Shown piece after piece: positions 28,980 to 38,689 of a stretch of DNA of 64,000 nucleotides. The notes under the pieces were generated by a model, which saw nothing but the letters and a program-made list of their open reading frames with translations, was not told where the DNA came from and made no database searches. Location of the stretch: positions 18,151 through 82,150 of the IMG/VR virus record IMGVR_UViG_3300036853_000417. One strand, written 5' to 3'. The translations under genes and the position numbers were made by a program. Numbering within the stretch: the stretch's first letter is position 1; the number at the start of each line of letters is the position of its first letter. The stretch is from a virus.

Positions 28980-29471
28980 ATGGACACAGTCGTAGAGATC
29001 GCCACCTGCCAGGTCTGTGGCAGGCAAATCAAAGCCAAAACAGGCTTGATCGCCCACCACGGATATAAGCGCCCCTACGAGGGGTGGCAAACCGCTTCTT
29101 GTGAGGGTGCAAGATATGTGCCTTACGAAGTATCCTGCGAGCGTCTTATCGAGGTTACAACATGGGTGGAAAAATTTATTCAGGACCAGGAACTCTTCCT
29201 GGCAGACCTCCTCACAACGCCGCCACAAACAATCACTGTTTTTGAGAAATGGGGATCATACGGAAAAGGGGAAGAGGTGACATATGAGAGGCCGAGCGAT
29301 TTCAAACAAGATGGTTATCAGTATTGTATCCCGCGAACCTATGACAGTGCCTACGGCAATAGGAAATTTTCGTTACAAACGAATATTAAAGCGGCAAAAG
29401 CGGATTTCTCGATAATGCAGAGACGAATACAAGAGTGGAAACCTGCTATCCAGGCAACACAGAAAGGATAA
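28980..29471 (+). CDS. hypothetical phage protein (N-terminal Zn finger)
   Basis: TCQVCGR...IAHHGY...SCEG. Confidence 0.65.
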   Translation: MDTVVEIATCQVCGRQIKAKTGLIAHHGYKRPYEGWQTASCEGARYVPYEVSCERLIEVTTWVEKFIQDQELFLADLLTTPPQTITVFEKWGSYGKGEEVTYERPSDFKQDGYQYCIPRTYDSAYGNRKFSLQTNIKAAKADFSIMQRRIQEWKPAIQATQKG

Positions 29472-29477
29472 TTCATA

Positions 29478-29915
29478 ATGTATAAAAACTACACAAAAGG
29501 CCGGGTTGTTTTTGAGACTATTCCTCTTGACAATGGTTTCCCCTATCAGGAAACAGTGGTACATGTAAGTAACGTTATTGCTGTTATTGAGTTTAGAACA
29601 GGTAGCACTGTTCATGGGTACCGCATTGAATGGATGGATGAAGTTGCATCACTCCATCACACACAGGTTCTGGTTGATGATCTTGATCAGGCTTTTACAA
29701 GAGTTGTGGAGGTTTGCCAGCAGATTGCAAAAGATCGCGCCTGTCCTGTAAAAATCTACAACGATGCGTTTCAGAACGTATTAACTGGAAGGATGTATAC
29801 CATTGAAGACCCCCTGAGCATTTTCGACAATGGAGGACAGGTAATCAATGCCGATAGTAAACAACTCTTATCAAAACCCCACCTGGAGCTTCTTCTAGGA
29901 TATACAAAGCAATAA
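29478..29915 (+). CDS. hypothetical protein
   Basis: GAAAGGA RBS. Confidence 0.55.
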   Translation: MYKNYTKGRVVFETIPLDNGFPYQETVVHVSNVIAVIEFRTGSTVHGYRIEWMDEVASLHHTQVLVDDLDQAFTRVVEVCQQIAKDRACPVKIYNDAFQNVLTGRMYTIEDPLSIFDNGGQVINADSKQLLSKPHLELLLGYTKQ

Positions 29916-29933
29916 AGAAGGAGAGAACATTCA

Positions 29934-30314
29934 ATGAAAGAATACGAAGTTATGCCAGATACTATCTGGAACAAGTGTGTTTTTTGTGACGGTTATACGG
30001 TCGCCAATATTGTAGAGAGTGATGGATGGCAGGCAATTGCGGTGTGGGGTAGCCAGGATTGCCATTTCCTGGGAAACTGGCCTTATGTAATCTTCTTTGA
30101 GAAGCAGATAGAGGGAGATAAACCCTTTCTTATTGTGGTCTACTCTGAGGGTAGTATTACCCAATATGTATTCGAGGATGAAGCAGCGAGAAACACCTTT
30201 CTGGACATAATGGCTTTTAATCAATGGAAACATGAGGAGCAGGAATGGGTCAAAGACTACCAATCGGTAGAGGATTTGCCTGCGGCTTTGCGCGGATATC
30301 CTGAGCAAGATTAG
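29934..30314 (+). CDS. hypothetical protein
   Basis: AAGGAG RBS; followed by a terminator. Confidence 0.6.
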   Translation: MKEYEVMPDTIWNKCVFCDGYTVANIVESDGWQAIAVWGSQDCHFLGNWPYVIFFEKQIEGDKPFLIVVYSEGSITQYVFEDEAARNTFLDIMAFNQWKHEEQEWVKDYQSVEDLPAALRGYPEQD

Positions 30315-30319
30315 AAGGG

Positions 30320-30350
30320 AAAGAGGATACTCTAAACCGTATCCTCTTTT
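30320..30350 (+). terminator. intrinsic terminator
   Basis: AAAGAGGATAC...GTATCCTCTTTT. Confidence 0.65.
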
Positions 30351-30588
30351 ATATATTTCTCAAATTCTCTCCATTGATCTCTTGTTTCTTTCTATGTTAT
30401 ACTTATCATGTATAGCACGCCAATACAATGTCTTCGGCAGGTAGTCAGCTAAGACATTCCTCTGGCCGCACAATATTGGTACCTCAATGTGCAGCACGCC
30501 GCTTTTTTTCTTCGGCTCTTAGCAGCTAAGATTCCCCCACAGGTGAGCCTCGGCAACGATGGTTAGTCATTTACGAGGTGTACCTTGA

Positions 30589-31800
30589 ATGGACACATTC
30601 CAAAAAACATATAGTCCACATGATTCACAGTACAAAGCCAATAGAATGCATATCCTGCGTGAGCTGAGCACGCAATCGGATACTGCGCTCAAACAGCAAC
30701 TGGACTACCTGGAAACACAACCTCCTCCAGCTGACGAACAAAATGAAGCGGTGCGCATGTTCCACAATATTCGCACGCTCAGACTTCCACAACGCATTAA
30801 AGGCATACTTGATAGTACATCAGGGACGACCGGAAGTGTCATCATCAGGCAGGACCTTGAACCCATTATTCACCTGCTCTTTGTCAGGAAATTCCCATTA
30901 TGGGAGGCAATACAAAAAGCTCAGTCAAATGGGTTGGTTCATGCGTATGAACAAATGACTGCTCCCGATGCTGGCGCACTTGGCAGTTCACTCATTGCAG
31001 AACTTGGTCCTGCTCAATACGACCATAGTGTGATGGTCCGACAAACGACGCCTATCAGCGTTTTTGCGCAGGGGAGAGGCGTTTCATTTAAAGAGCAGGC
31101 TGCGGTGGAGGCTGGCGGAATGAACTTCAAACCGCTTTCTATTGAGATGAGCGGTGCTGTTACCAGGCTCGCAACTGATATTCAGTTTTACATGTTTCAG
31201 GGAAATTTCGGTAACTCCAGCATAACATCTACCGCACTTGAAGGGGGTAACTATAACGCTCTTGCCTTTGATGGGTTCAGGGGCGTCATGGGGTCCGTTG
31301 GCAATTTTAGTGCCAATAATGCAACACAGGTTGATATTGGGACGCTCAATATCACAGAATCACTCAAGTTTACAGCGGCCAAGATTGCTGATAATGGTGG
31401 AATGCCTGACATGGTTGTGATGGGCATGCTCGCGAAAGATGCGCTCGAAACTGAGAATATGGGCAATCAACGCTGGAATGATAACCTCCCTGAAATCGTT
31501 CCTGGCGTGCGCGTCAACACGGTCAACTGGTCCAATGGTCAACTCAAGCTGTTACCAGTGCCCGGCAACACCATTGGGAAGTATAACCGAACATCAGACA
31601 GTGCGCTGGTTGAGGATCTCTATGTCTTCGACTCATCCAAGATCATTCTCCGCTGGCTTTACTCCGAGACGATGACTGTTCTTGAAATTCCTTCAGGGGT
31701 TGATAGTCAACTGAGTAACAGAATTATCGCCTTTTACATGTATGGCATGGAACAGGCTGCTCCTGTCTTCTCAGGTAAAGCGAGACGGTTAGCAAGTTAA
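30589..31800 (+). CDS. major capsid protein (HK97 fold)
   Basis: 403 aa; IIRQDLEP, MFQGN, FDGF; first gene of the structural operon. Confidence 0.8.
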   Translation: MDTFQKTYSPHDSQYKANRMHILRELSTQSDTALKQQLDYLETQPPPADEQNEAVRMFHNIRTLRLPQRIKGILDSTSGTTGSVIIRQDLEPIIHLLFVRKFPLWEAIQKAQSNGLVHAYEQMTAPDAGALGSSLIAELGPAQYDHSVMVRQTTPISVFAQGRGVSFKEQAAVEAGGMNFKPLSIEMSGAVTRLATDIQFYMFQGNFGNSSITSTALEGGNYNALAFDGFRGVMGSVGNFSANNATQVDIGTLNITESLKFTAAKIADNGGMPDMVVMGMLAKDALETENMGNQRWNDNLPEIVPGVRVNTVNWSNGQLKLLPVPGNTIGKYNRTSDSALVEDLYVFDSSKIILRWLYSETMTVLEIPSGVDSQLSNRIIAFYMYGMEQAAPVFSGKARRLAS

Positions 31801-31814
31801 TAGGTGTAGAATAA

Positions 31815-32228
31815 ATGTCAAAAACTGAACAGCAGACAGCTCAAGAAGAAGCTATGATAAGCAGAAAACAAGAGAAGACAGCAGAACACTATGAGGACAA
31901 TGATCCCGTTACGGTGATCTGGAAGTCATGGGGAACCAATGGTATGCCATCCAACAAAGTAACGTACTTTGACAGGCAAATGTTTGAGGGTGGAGTTGGT
32001 CGGCGCATTCCCTATGGCATAGCTCAAAAATGGCAGAAGCAGGGACATGGAGTGCTCATCTTTGATGTTGATGCGACGGAGGCTGATTTTATCCGAGCAA
32101 CAGGGCATAAGCCGCTGGACGACGATAAACTGACAATGCTCCTCAAGGCAACGCCTCTCGACAAGATTGCAGCACTCCTGGGTCCTGATGCCGTTGAAAA
32201 GATTACTGCCATGCAAAACAAAAAGTGA
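31815..32228 (+). CDS. hypothetical protein (head-associated)
   Basis: position after the major capsid gene. Confidence 0.55.
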   Translation: MSKTEQQTAQEEAMISRKQEKTAEHYEDNDPVTVIWKSWGTNGMPSNKVTYFDRQMFEGGVGRRIPYGIAQKWQKQGHGVLIFDVDATEADFIRATGHKPLDDDKLTMLLKATPLDKIAALLGPDAVEKITAMQNKK

Positions 32229-32270
32229 TGTGGTTTTTCAATCGGGTTGGTGGAGGGTCGGAGAAGAGAT

Positions 32271-32951
32271 ATGGCACGATTTTCACGCGTTATTGGACGC
32301 AATAGAGATATTCCACAATTTGCCTCCTATCAGGGTGCCGCAGCAGCAGGTGGGACAGCAGCAGACTTTGAGCGTCCAATTGTTGCGCTCACTGATCTGA
32401 CACTCAATGCTCCATCTGGGTCAGTAGGAAGTATTGTCAGTAATGCAATGTCAGCGCGAGCATGCATATTGACATTCATGGCTGCAATTACGGGAGATAA
32501 TACCAATAATTGCGCCTTTAGTTTTGTTCAGTATCGCAGTGGCGCAATCCTGGTCAACACGACATCAGCCACAACCATTACTGCCGGAACAAGAACTGTT
32601 ACCCCTACAAGCATGACAAATCTCTATAATGGTCAGCAGCTTATCTTTAGTGGTGGTACAGGTGCTACCGAAACCGTTGTCATTTACAATCTTACCCCAA
32701 CAACCTTTCAAGCAACCTTTGCAAACGGGCATAGCGGAGCCTACGCGATCACATCAGCTCCTTTAGCTTCAACAACCTTCCAAACCGGAGTGAATGCCTC
32801 AGCCATTGTTCCGATTCAGTTTGCCAGCGCTATCAACTACATTAAAGGCGGAGATGTAATCACTATCAAGCGTGTGAGTAATAATGTAACAGGCCTTGCA
32901 ACACCTGCATTTGATGCAAGGATTGACTGGGTTCCTGCAGGTCTTGGTTAG
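32271..32951 (+). CDS. putative structural protein
   Basis: Thr/Ala/Gly-rich beta-type composition in the structural operon. Confidence 0.55.
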   Translation: MARFSRVIGRNRDIPQFASYQGAAAAGGTAADFERPIVALTDLTLNAPSGSVGSIVSNAMSARACILTFMAAITGDNTNNCAFSFVQYRSGAILVNTTSATTITAGTRTVTPTSMTNLYNGQQLIFSGGTGATETVVIYNLTPTTFQATFANGHSGAYAITSAPLASTTFQTGVNASAIVPIQFASAINYIKGGDVITIKRVSNNVTGLATPAFDARIDWVPAGLG

Positions 32952-32961
32952 AGGTATGGAC

Positions 32962-33940
32962 ATGGCTGACTTTACGACGATAAGATCCATGTGGAATAGC
33001 AACACTGATGCAGCTCCTACATGGAATGCTGTTACATTTGGAGGATCATCAGGTCAACAGGAAATCAGGTGGTGTGCTACCAGTGCAGGTTCTGCTACGA
33101 TAGGTTCTGCTGCATGGCCGCAATACGCGAGGCCAGCCAGCCCCGGTGCAGTACCAGAACTCTGGTACTTTACGTCTTCCGATAACTCAGGAGGGGTCAA
33201 AGTCGGAACCTATGATGGGGACAATGGACAGGCCAACGTCGCATGTATCGACTATGACAACCTTGGGACATTTGCCACCGCTCCCACGCTCACTGCATAC
33301 AGTTCCTCTGCACACAATGCACCAGTTGCAGGCACACAACCGGGAGCCGAGGCAGGATCTCCAATTATCAATGGACATGCAACCGATACCAGCTCGACTT
33401 CCTACCTCAAAATTAATCTCTATGGGGATGATCAGACGGGCAATCCAACGGCAGGCGCTGTTGGAAGCATGCCATCAGCTACCACAGGCACGGCAGGTAG
33501 TGTGTCTCCTGGCGCTGCTGCATGGTTAGCTACGTGGCAGTCAGCGCAGGGAGCCGTCCAATTCATCACCCATCGCAGGACACCTGCCGCAACTACAGCA
33601 GGAAAGATCTTTTTTGTACTTATTCTGTTTACGGGGCCGAATATGAGCCTTAGTTTAGCCAGGGCCTTCAAGGAGTAATCCTTGTTGAAAACCTCTCTGG
33701 GAACGGTGAAAGCCCCAATCATTGAATGGGTAACGCCGTGGCAAGCAGGGCAATGAAGCCTGTGCAGCCGTAGAGATCAAGTGAGAGGCTCCATACAATT
33801 GTGTATGGATGATGCCATGATCCGACCCTTGCAGGAATGTAAGGAGGCCAGCAGAAATGACTGACCCCACTCATAAGAGTGAGTAACAAGATAGTGGTAC
33901 ACTAACACCCGTAATCACATTTACCTATAGTTATGTGTAG
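32962..33940 (+). CDS. putative structural protein interrupted by a group I intron: join(32962..33650,33895..33940), 244 aa
   Basis: splicing gives ...GPNMSL-GTLTPVITFTYSYV*; the unspliced frame ends prematurely at 33678. Confidence 0.75.
33651..33894 (+). ncRNA. ORF-less group I intron (244 nt)
   Basis: P1 GCCU|U:AGGGC with U-G at the 5' splice site; P10 GCCA:UGGU; P3 CCTCTC/GAGAGG; P7 GAGATCA/TGATCC; terminal G at 33894. Confidence 0.85.
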
Positions 33941-33951
33941 TAATGTACATT

Positions 33952-35181
33952 CTAATAGTTGATGCCACGACGATCAAAGGGCGTAAGGTCTTCAAGTCTA
34001 CGATTTGACTTTCTGGCATTACATTCACGATGTGTAGGTTTGATATTGTCCTCTGTGTGGGTTCCCTGTGGATCACCTGCACGAGGGACGAGAGGCACAA
34101 TATGATCGAATGTCAAAGTATGGTGAAGCAAAATAGGTTTATCGCACAGGTAACAATGTCTTCCATCGCGTTTAAGGATATGAGTAAAGTCTACCTTATC
34201 TACGATGACTGCCCCCTTTTTACGAGCAAGACGTTGAAGTTGATATCCTTGTGTGCGAAGTCTATTGTTGTGCCTCCATACTCGATGTTTTGCCCTAATC
34301 GAAGCCATATGCAGAGCATCATGACGACGACTATCATTGTATATACGCCTCTCTTCAAGCCGTTCATGATGATATATGCCCACACACTTTTTGCAGATCG
34401 CATAATGTCCATCACGTCGGTTCCTGTCCAAAGAAAACTCACTCAAGAACTTTTCAAGAGAACATTGTGGGCATACCTTGGCTCGTACCTTACGCGGAGG
34501 CGGAATCATCTGTCGCTGTTTGAGGATGCGAGTCTGACGCTTTACAGCATTGCGTGCTCTTCTTCTTGCTCTGTGCTCATCAGTATTGTGGCGAGCACGA
34601 TCATAGGTGCGAAGGCGATCACTGTTAGCGGATCTATAGGCATTATTATATGTCCTTTTCTCGAATTTCTTTTCAGGAGAGGCATGATAGCGCTCACTCT
34701 TACATTGCTTGCAACGACCTGCATAGCCATCCTTTTGAGCAATGTCATGCATAAATGCACTATGAGGTTTTTCTATCAGGCATGTGTTACACACCTTGTG
34801 TCCTTCAAGAGTGGCCTTTGGAAGAACAGGTGTCTTGCGAATACGTCGCAATTGATTGCGCTCTCTGTCCCTTGCATGTTCACAGGTAATACAAGTGGCT
34901 GTAGGCTTGCCATTCCGAAAATGAAAGTCAATATATGGCTTCTCCTGCTTACAAGCATTGCAAAATCGGTAGCCCTCTTTAGTCGATTTCAATTGAGATT
35001 TATTACGTGGGTTATACCGAGGATTCGGCAGCACATAGGGGCGTCTACGTGCTCGATCTCGTTCCCGTGTGCAATCAATACAGTAACTAGAGGGTCTATC
35101 CTTATGTATCTTGAATTGACCAAAAGGTTTTTCAATCTCGCACGATGCGCAAACTTTGAAAGTAGGATACAATGGGTCCAT
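33952..35181 (-). CDS. freestanding HNH homing endonuclease with four CxxC...CxxC repeats
   Basis: repeated CxxCxxEKPxxxF modules; C-terminal CYLC...FDHIVP...NIKPTHRECN. Confidence 0.85.
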   Translation of the reverse strand: MDPLYPTFKVCASCEIEKPFGQFKIHKDRPSSYCIDCTRERDRARRRPYVLPNPRYNPRNKSQLKSTKEGYRFCNACKQEKPYIDFHFRNGKPTATCITCEHARDRERNQLRRIRKTPVLPKATLEGHKVCNTCLIEKPHSAFMHDIAQKDGYAGRCKQCKSERYHASPEKKFEKRTYNNAYRSANSDRLRTYDRARHNTDEHRARRRARNAVKRQTRILKQRQMIPPPRKVRAKVCPQCSLEKFLSEFSLDRNRRDGHYAICKKCVGIYHHERLEERRIYNDSRRHDALHMASIRAKHRVWRHNNRLRTQGYQLQRLARKKGAVIVDKVDFTHILKRDGRHCYLCDKPILLHHTLTFDHIVPLVPRAGDPQGTHTEDNIKPTHRECNARKSNRRLEDLTPFDRRGINY

Positions 35182-35314
35182 AGCTATGAGTCCTCAAATT
35201 CTAGCTTAGGTACAAAGAGTGTCGTAAGCACTCTTTGTACCTCAAAAAATCCACCCTCATTATACCACAAAACCGCTCCACAAGCCAGTTTATGTCTTTT
35301 TTGCGTATCAAAAA

Positions 35315-35388
35315 TAGCCCCAATTGGAGTTGAACCAATGCCTCCCATTTATAAGATAGGTGCACTTAACCACATGTGCTTTGGGGCT
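35315..35388 (-). tRNA. tRNA-Ile (UAU)
   Basis: AGCCCCA/TGGGGCT acceptor, GCAC/GTGC D stem, CCTAT-CTTATAA-ATGGG anticodon arm, ATTGG-TTCAACT-CCAAT T arm; atypical A8. Confidence 0.8.
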
Positions 35389-35522
35389 ATGCGTTCACTA
35401 TTGCTTCCTGCCAAAAAAACCGTGTCGTCGGTAGTAAGAAATCGCCAATCGAACACGTGTCACAAAATCAGCAAAAAATGTTCTCATGCATTCAATCTCC
35501 TTTCAGAAAGGAGTATAGCACA

Positions 35523-36035
35523 ATGGGCATAGCTACATCTCTCTATGCCGTTGGAGATGCGATAGATCCCTCCCTCTCCTACTGGAGTGTCCTTTTGACG
35601 ACTGGCAAAACATGGTCAGAACGTCAACTTGTACCAACGTGGACAAAGGGCCAGAGGGGATTGCGCAAGCTTGATTGGGGAGAGGATTTAGTAAGCACCG
35701 GGGATATCCACCGTATAAAAGAAATCACACTCCATTGTCCTGATGGAGGAACGGCAGTCCTGGAAGTCCCTGAGCGGAGTACCGCGTTTCAATTTAAGAC
35801 ACGCAGCCTCAATATGCTTGGCGCAAGTGGCAATGACCTGGAATTTCAGGTTATTGGTCGTGTGGTTGACAAGACAACAGGACGATGTGAGTGCTTTATC
35901 TGGGATTACCGACCACTCCCAGGAGAGAAAAATCTCATAGCGTATAAATCGAGTATATACAACTTTGGTGCATGGAGAAACACTATCACACCTATTGGTG
36001 CACTAGGTATTGAAGTACAGGGTTTCCGTTTATGA
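35523..36035 (+). CDS. hypothetical protein
   Basis: ATG after AAGGAG. Confidence 0.6.
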   Translation: MGIATSLYAVGDAIDPSLSYWSVLLTTGKTWSERQLVPTWTKGQRGLRKLDWGEDLVSTGDIHRIKEITLHCPDGGTAVLEVPERSTAFQFKTRSLNMLGASGNDLEFQVIGRVVDKTTGRCECFIWDYRPLPGEKNLIAYKSSIYNFGAWRNTITPIGALGIEVQGFRL

Positions 36036-36174
36036 GATAAGAAATGATTCATGTCATGGCATTTGGCTAAACACCTGCTGGCTCGGTTTTGAGCGACACA
36101 CAAACAGCAGTAACGACATCAAAATTTATCCATGTATTCCTCATTTTTGAGGATAGTATAACACAGGAGGAGCA

Positions 36175-36591
36175 ATGTCAGGAAAGTCGGCATATCTAGA
36201 GGATAAATTGCTAAACTGGCTCAAGGGAACGGCGTTTGGAACTGCACCAACTACCGTTTATGTCGCTCTTCTGACAACGAACCCAGCCTCAGATGACGGT
36301 ACGGGTGCTGTTGAAGTGAGCGGCGGGTCCTATGCACGTGTAGCTATCACCACATCGTCAGGTTGGTCAGCTATTAGTGGATCAGGCACAAGTCCGCACC
36401 AAATCAGCAATAGCGGCGTGGTGACGTTTGTTACGCCCACGGCCTCATGGGGGGATATCATAGGCATAGCTATCTATGATGCTAGTACAGCAGGCAACTT
36501 ACTCTATTGGAATAGTATAACATTGCAAACAATAAACAGCGGAGTTATTGCTTCGTTTGCGATTGGTGCTTTAGTCGTAACCGACAATTGA
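36175..36591 (+). CDS. phage tail/structural protein
   Basis: YLEDKLLN...YVALLT...EVSGGSYAR...G(D)IIGIAIYDASTAGNLL, a common phage structural family. Confidence 0.7.
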   Translation: MSGKSAYLEDKLLNWLKGTAFGTAPTTVYVALLTTNPASDDGTGAVEVSGGSYARVAITTSSGWSAISGSGTSPHQISNSGVVTFVTPTASWGDIIGIAIYDASTAGNLLYWNSITLQTINSGVIASFAIGALVVTDN

Positions 36592-36626
36592 CGGTTAATT
36601 AGTGCATTAACTGTAAAGGAGATATC

Positions 36627-37517
36627 ATGCCTTTAACACCAGGAATAGCTGACGTACTGCAACCAATGGCAGCACCTACCGTTGTACAGAATGCAACAGG
36701 CGCGGGTGCGGCTATTACATATAACATTGTCGCTGTAAATGGAGCAGGCGCGGACGGCGCTCCTAGCCCGTCGTTTGTGACAGGTGCCAATAACGCAGCG
36801 ACTGCCAACAATACGATAAGTTGGGTAGCCATTCCAGGGGCATTTGCATACCGTGTGCTCAAGAATGGAGCACTCTTAGTAACAGTAGGACCTGGGGTCA
36901 CTTCATACACAGACAGCGCAGGCGCGGCGGGCGCTGCGTACACGGCGTCCGTTGTCAACCCATCGGCTCCAGCGCTTGTTGCCAATTCTCTATTGGATGG
37001 TGGCAAACCAACATATTCAGCGGCGAAACAAGGTCTGGTACCAGTTGCTACACCTACCGATGTGTGGACGATTATCGGTAGTGCCTCAAAGATTGTTCGC
37101 GTATTGCGTATTGAGATTGTCGTCACATCTACCGCTGCAACAGGCGCGGCTATTGATGTTTTGTTACTCAGGAGAAGTACAGCAGACACGGGTGGGACCT
37201 CATCGACTACAGCATTTATTCCTCATGATAGCCTTGATCCGGCTGCAACCGCTGTCTTCACGACCTACACAGCGAATCCAACACTTGGGTCAATTATTGG
37301 TGTTGCACTTAGAGCGACAAAGATCATGCCTACTCTTGCCACAAGTACAGCTACAGACTTTCCACTGCCTGATAGGGCTTCCTGGGACTTTGGTAGCCGT
37401 CCAGGTAAGGGAATTGTGCTTAGAGGAGCTGCTGATACACTGGCAATTAACTTGAACTCAGTGTCATTAGCGGCGGGTGCTTCTATGAATATCGCATGCG
37501 AAATTACAGAGGAATAG
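36627..37517 (+). CDS. putative structural protein
   Basis: A/T/G-rich, FN3-like N-terminus. Confidence 0.55.
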   Translation: MPLTPGIADVLQPMAAPTVVQNATGAGAAITYNIVAVNGAGADGAPSPSFVTGANNAATANNTISWVAIPGAFAYRVLKNGALLVTVGPGVTSYTDSAGAAGAAYTASVVNPSAPALVANSLLDGGKPTYSAAKQGLVPVATPTDVWTIIGSASKIVRVLRIEIVVTSTAATGAAIDVLLLRRSTADTGGTSSTTAFIPHDSLDPAATAVFTTYTANPTLGSIIGVALRATKIMPTLATSTATDFPLPDRASWDFGSRPGKGIVLRGAADTLAINLNSVSLAAGASMNIACEITEE

Positions 37518-37520
37518 ACC

Positions 37521-38678
37521 ATGGGATTTAGCAATCCACAACCAAATGACTCTGCTACTGTTCCAATAAGTTCGGAGTACTCACCACAAAATAATACCTT
37601 CCCAGCCATGCAAGGTGCTGACGGGGCCTATGTCGATGCGTATGGGAATGCATCAACCGCTCCCGTCACGTCCTTTATACAGCCTAGAGTTGTTCAGAGA
37701 GGCATTGCGCAAACGGGCGCGGGAGCGAAAAGTCTTTCTTATACGTTTCCTAATCCTGTCATGGGCGGGAACTCTATTGTCGTTTGCTTAGGTGTGGGCG
37801 ATATGGAGGACTCGGTTACTAGCTTTGTAGTGGCTGACTCGGCAGGGAACATCTATACCAAGGTGACATCACAACCGCAAGGAAGCACGCTTGAGGCCGC
37901 TATCTATCTCACAACTGGCATTAAATCAGGACTTGGTTCAAATCCAGATCTGCTACCTGTGACAAGTCCAGTTCTCAATACGGTCACGATTAAGATCACA
38001 GGTCCTACTGCTGTTCCTACTGGCATTTCGATGAAGGTGTATGAAATCTGGGGAACTATTGCCTCATTGGATGCGCTTGATCAAGTAGATATGGGTAGTG
38101 GAGCTAGTGGATTGATAGCATCAACTTCAGTGGTTACACCGCAAGTCCCCAACACGATAGCATTTACAGCTCTTGCCGTAGGGAGAATAACAACTATCAC
38201 ACCAATGGTTGGATATTCAACAAATGACGGCACACTATTCCCTTGGGGTGGGAACTTAGGTGCTTTTGATAGTCAGTACCGTGCGCTCTCAACCATTGCA
38301 ACGGTTACACCACAAGCAAACTTGTCACTTTCTAGCGCGTGGGCTATGTGTAGCGCAACGTTTAGGACAATTGTGTTACCAGTAGAGGGAACATTTAATT
38401 ATGCTCCCGCTACAAATGCTCCAATGACAACAGTAAATGCGTCATTATCTCCTGTACAGTTACTTGCAGCAAACGGAGTGCGTAAAGGCGTTAGTGTGTT
38501 TGGAGGTTCAACAGCTATATTGTTTGTGGCATATGGTGTTATTACAGCAAAAACAGCATACGTAACGCAAGTGCCACCCGGGGCTCTTTGGGAAATGCCG
38601 TTGCCAATTTATCCAGGTCCAATTTATGGATGGTGGTCTGCTGTCAATGGCAGCGCGAACATAACCGAACTTTCCTAG
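37521..38678 (+). CDS. putative structural protein
   Basis: beta-rich composition in the structural operon. Confidence 0.55.
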   Translation: MGFSNPQPNDSATVPISSEYSPQNNTFPAMQGADGAYVDAYGNASTAPVTSFIQPRVVQRGIAQTGAGAKSLSYTFPNPVMGGNSIVVCLGVGDMEDSVTSFVVADSAGNIYTKVTSQPQGSTLEAAIYLTTGIKSGLGSNPDLLPVTSPVLNTVTIKITGPTAVPTGISMKVYEIWGTIASLDALDQVDMGSGASGLIASTSVVTPQVPNTIAFTALAVGRITTITPMVGYSTNDGTLFPWGGNLGAFDSQYRALSTIATVTPQANLSLSSAWAMCSATFRTIVLPVEGTFNYAPATNAPMTTVNASLSPVQLLAANGVRKGVSVFGGSTAILFVAYGVITAKTAYVTQVPPGALWEMPLPIYPGPIYGWWSAVNGSANITELS

Positions 38679-38689
38679 GAGATATCATA

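Noticed and set aside
33655-33870. 71-aa minus-strand ORF
   Set aside because: Lies within the group I intron core; no endonuclease motifs
36599-37189. 196-aa antisense ORF, and the 274-aa alternative-frame ORF at 54815..55639
   Set aside because: Shadows of co-oriented structural genes with no recognisable protein features; not part of the bridge pattern
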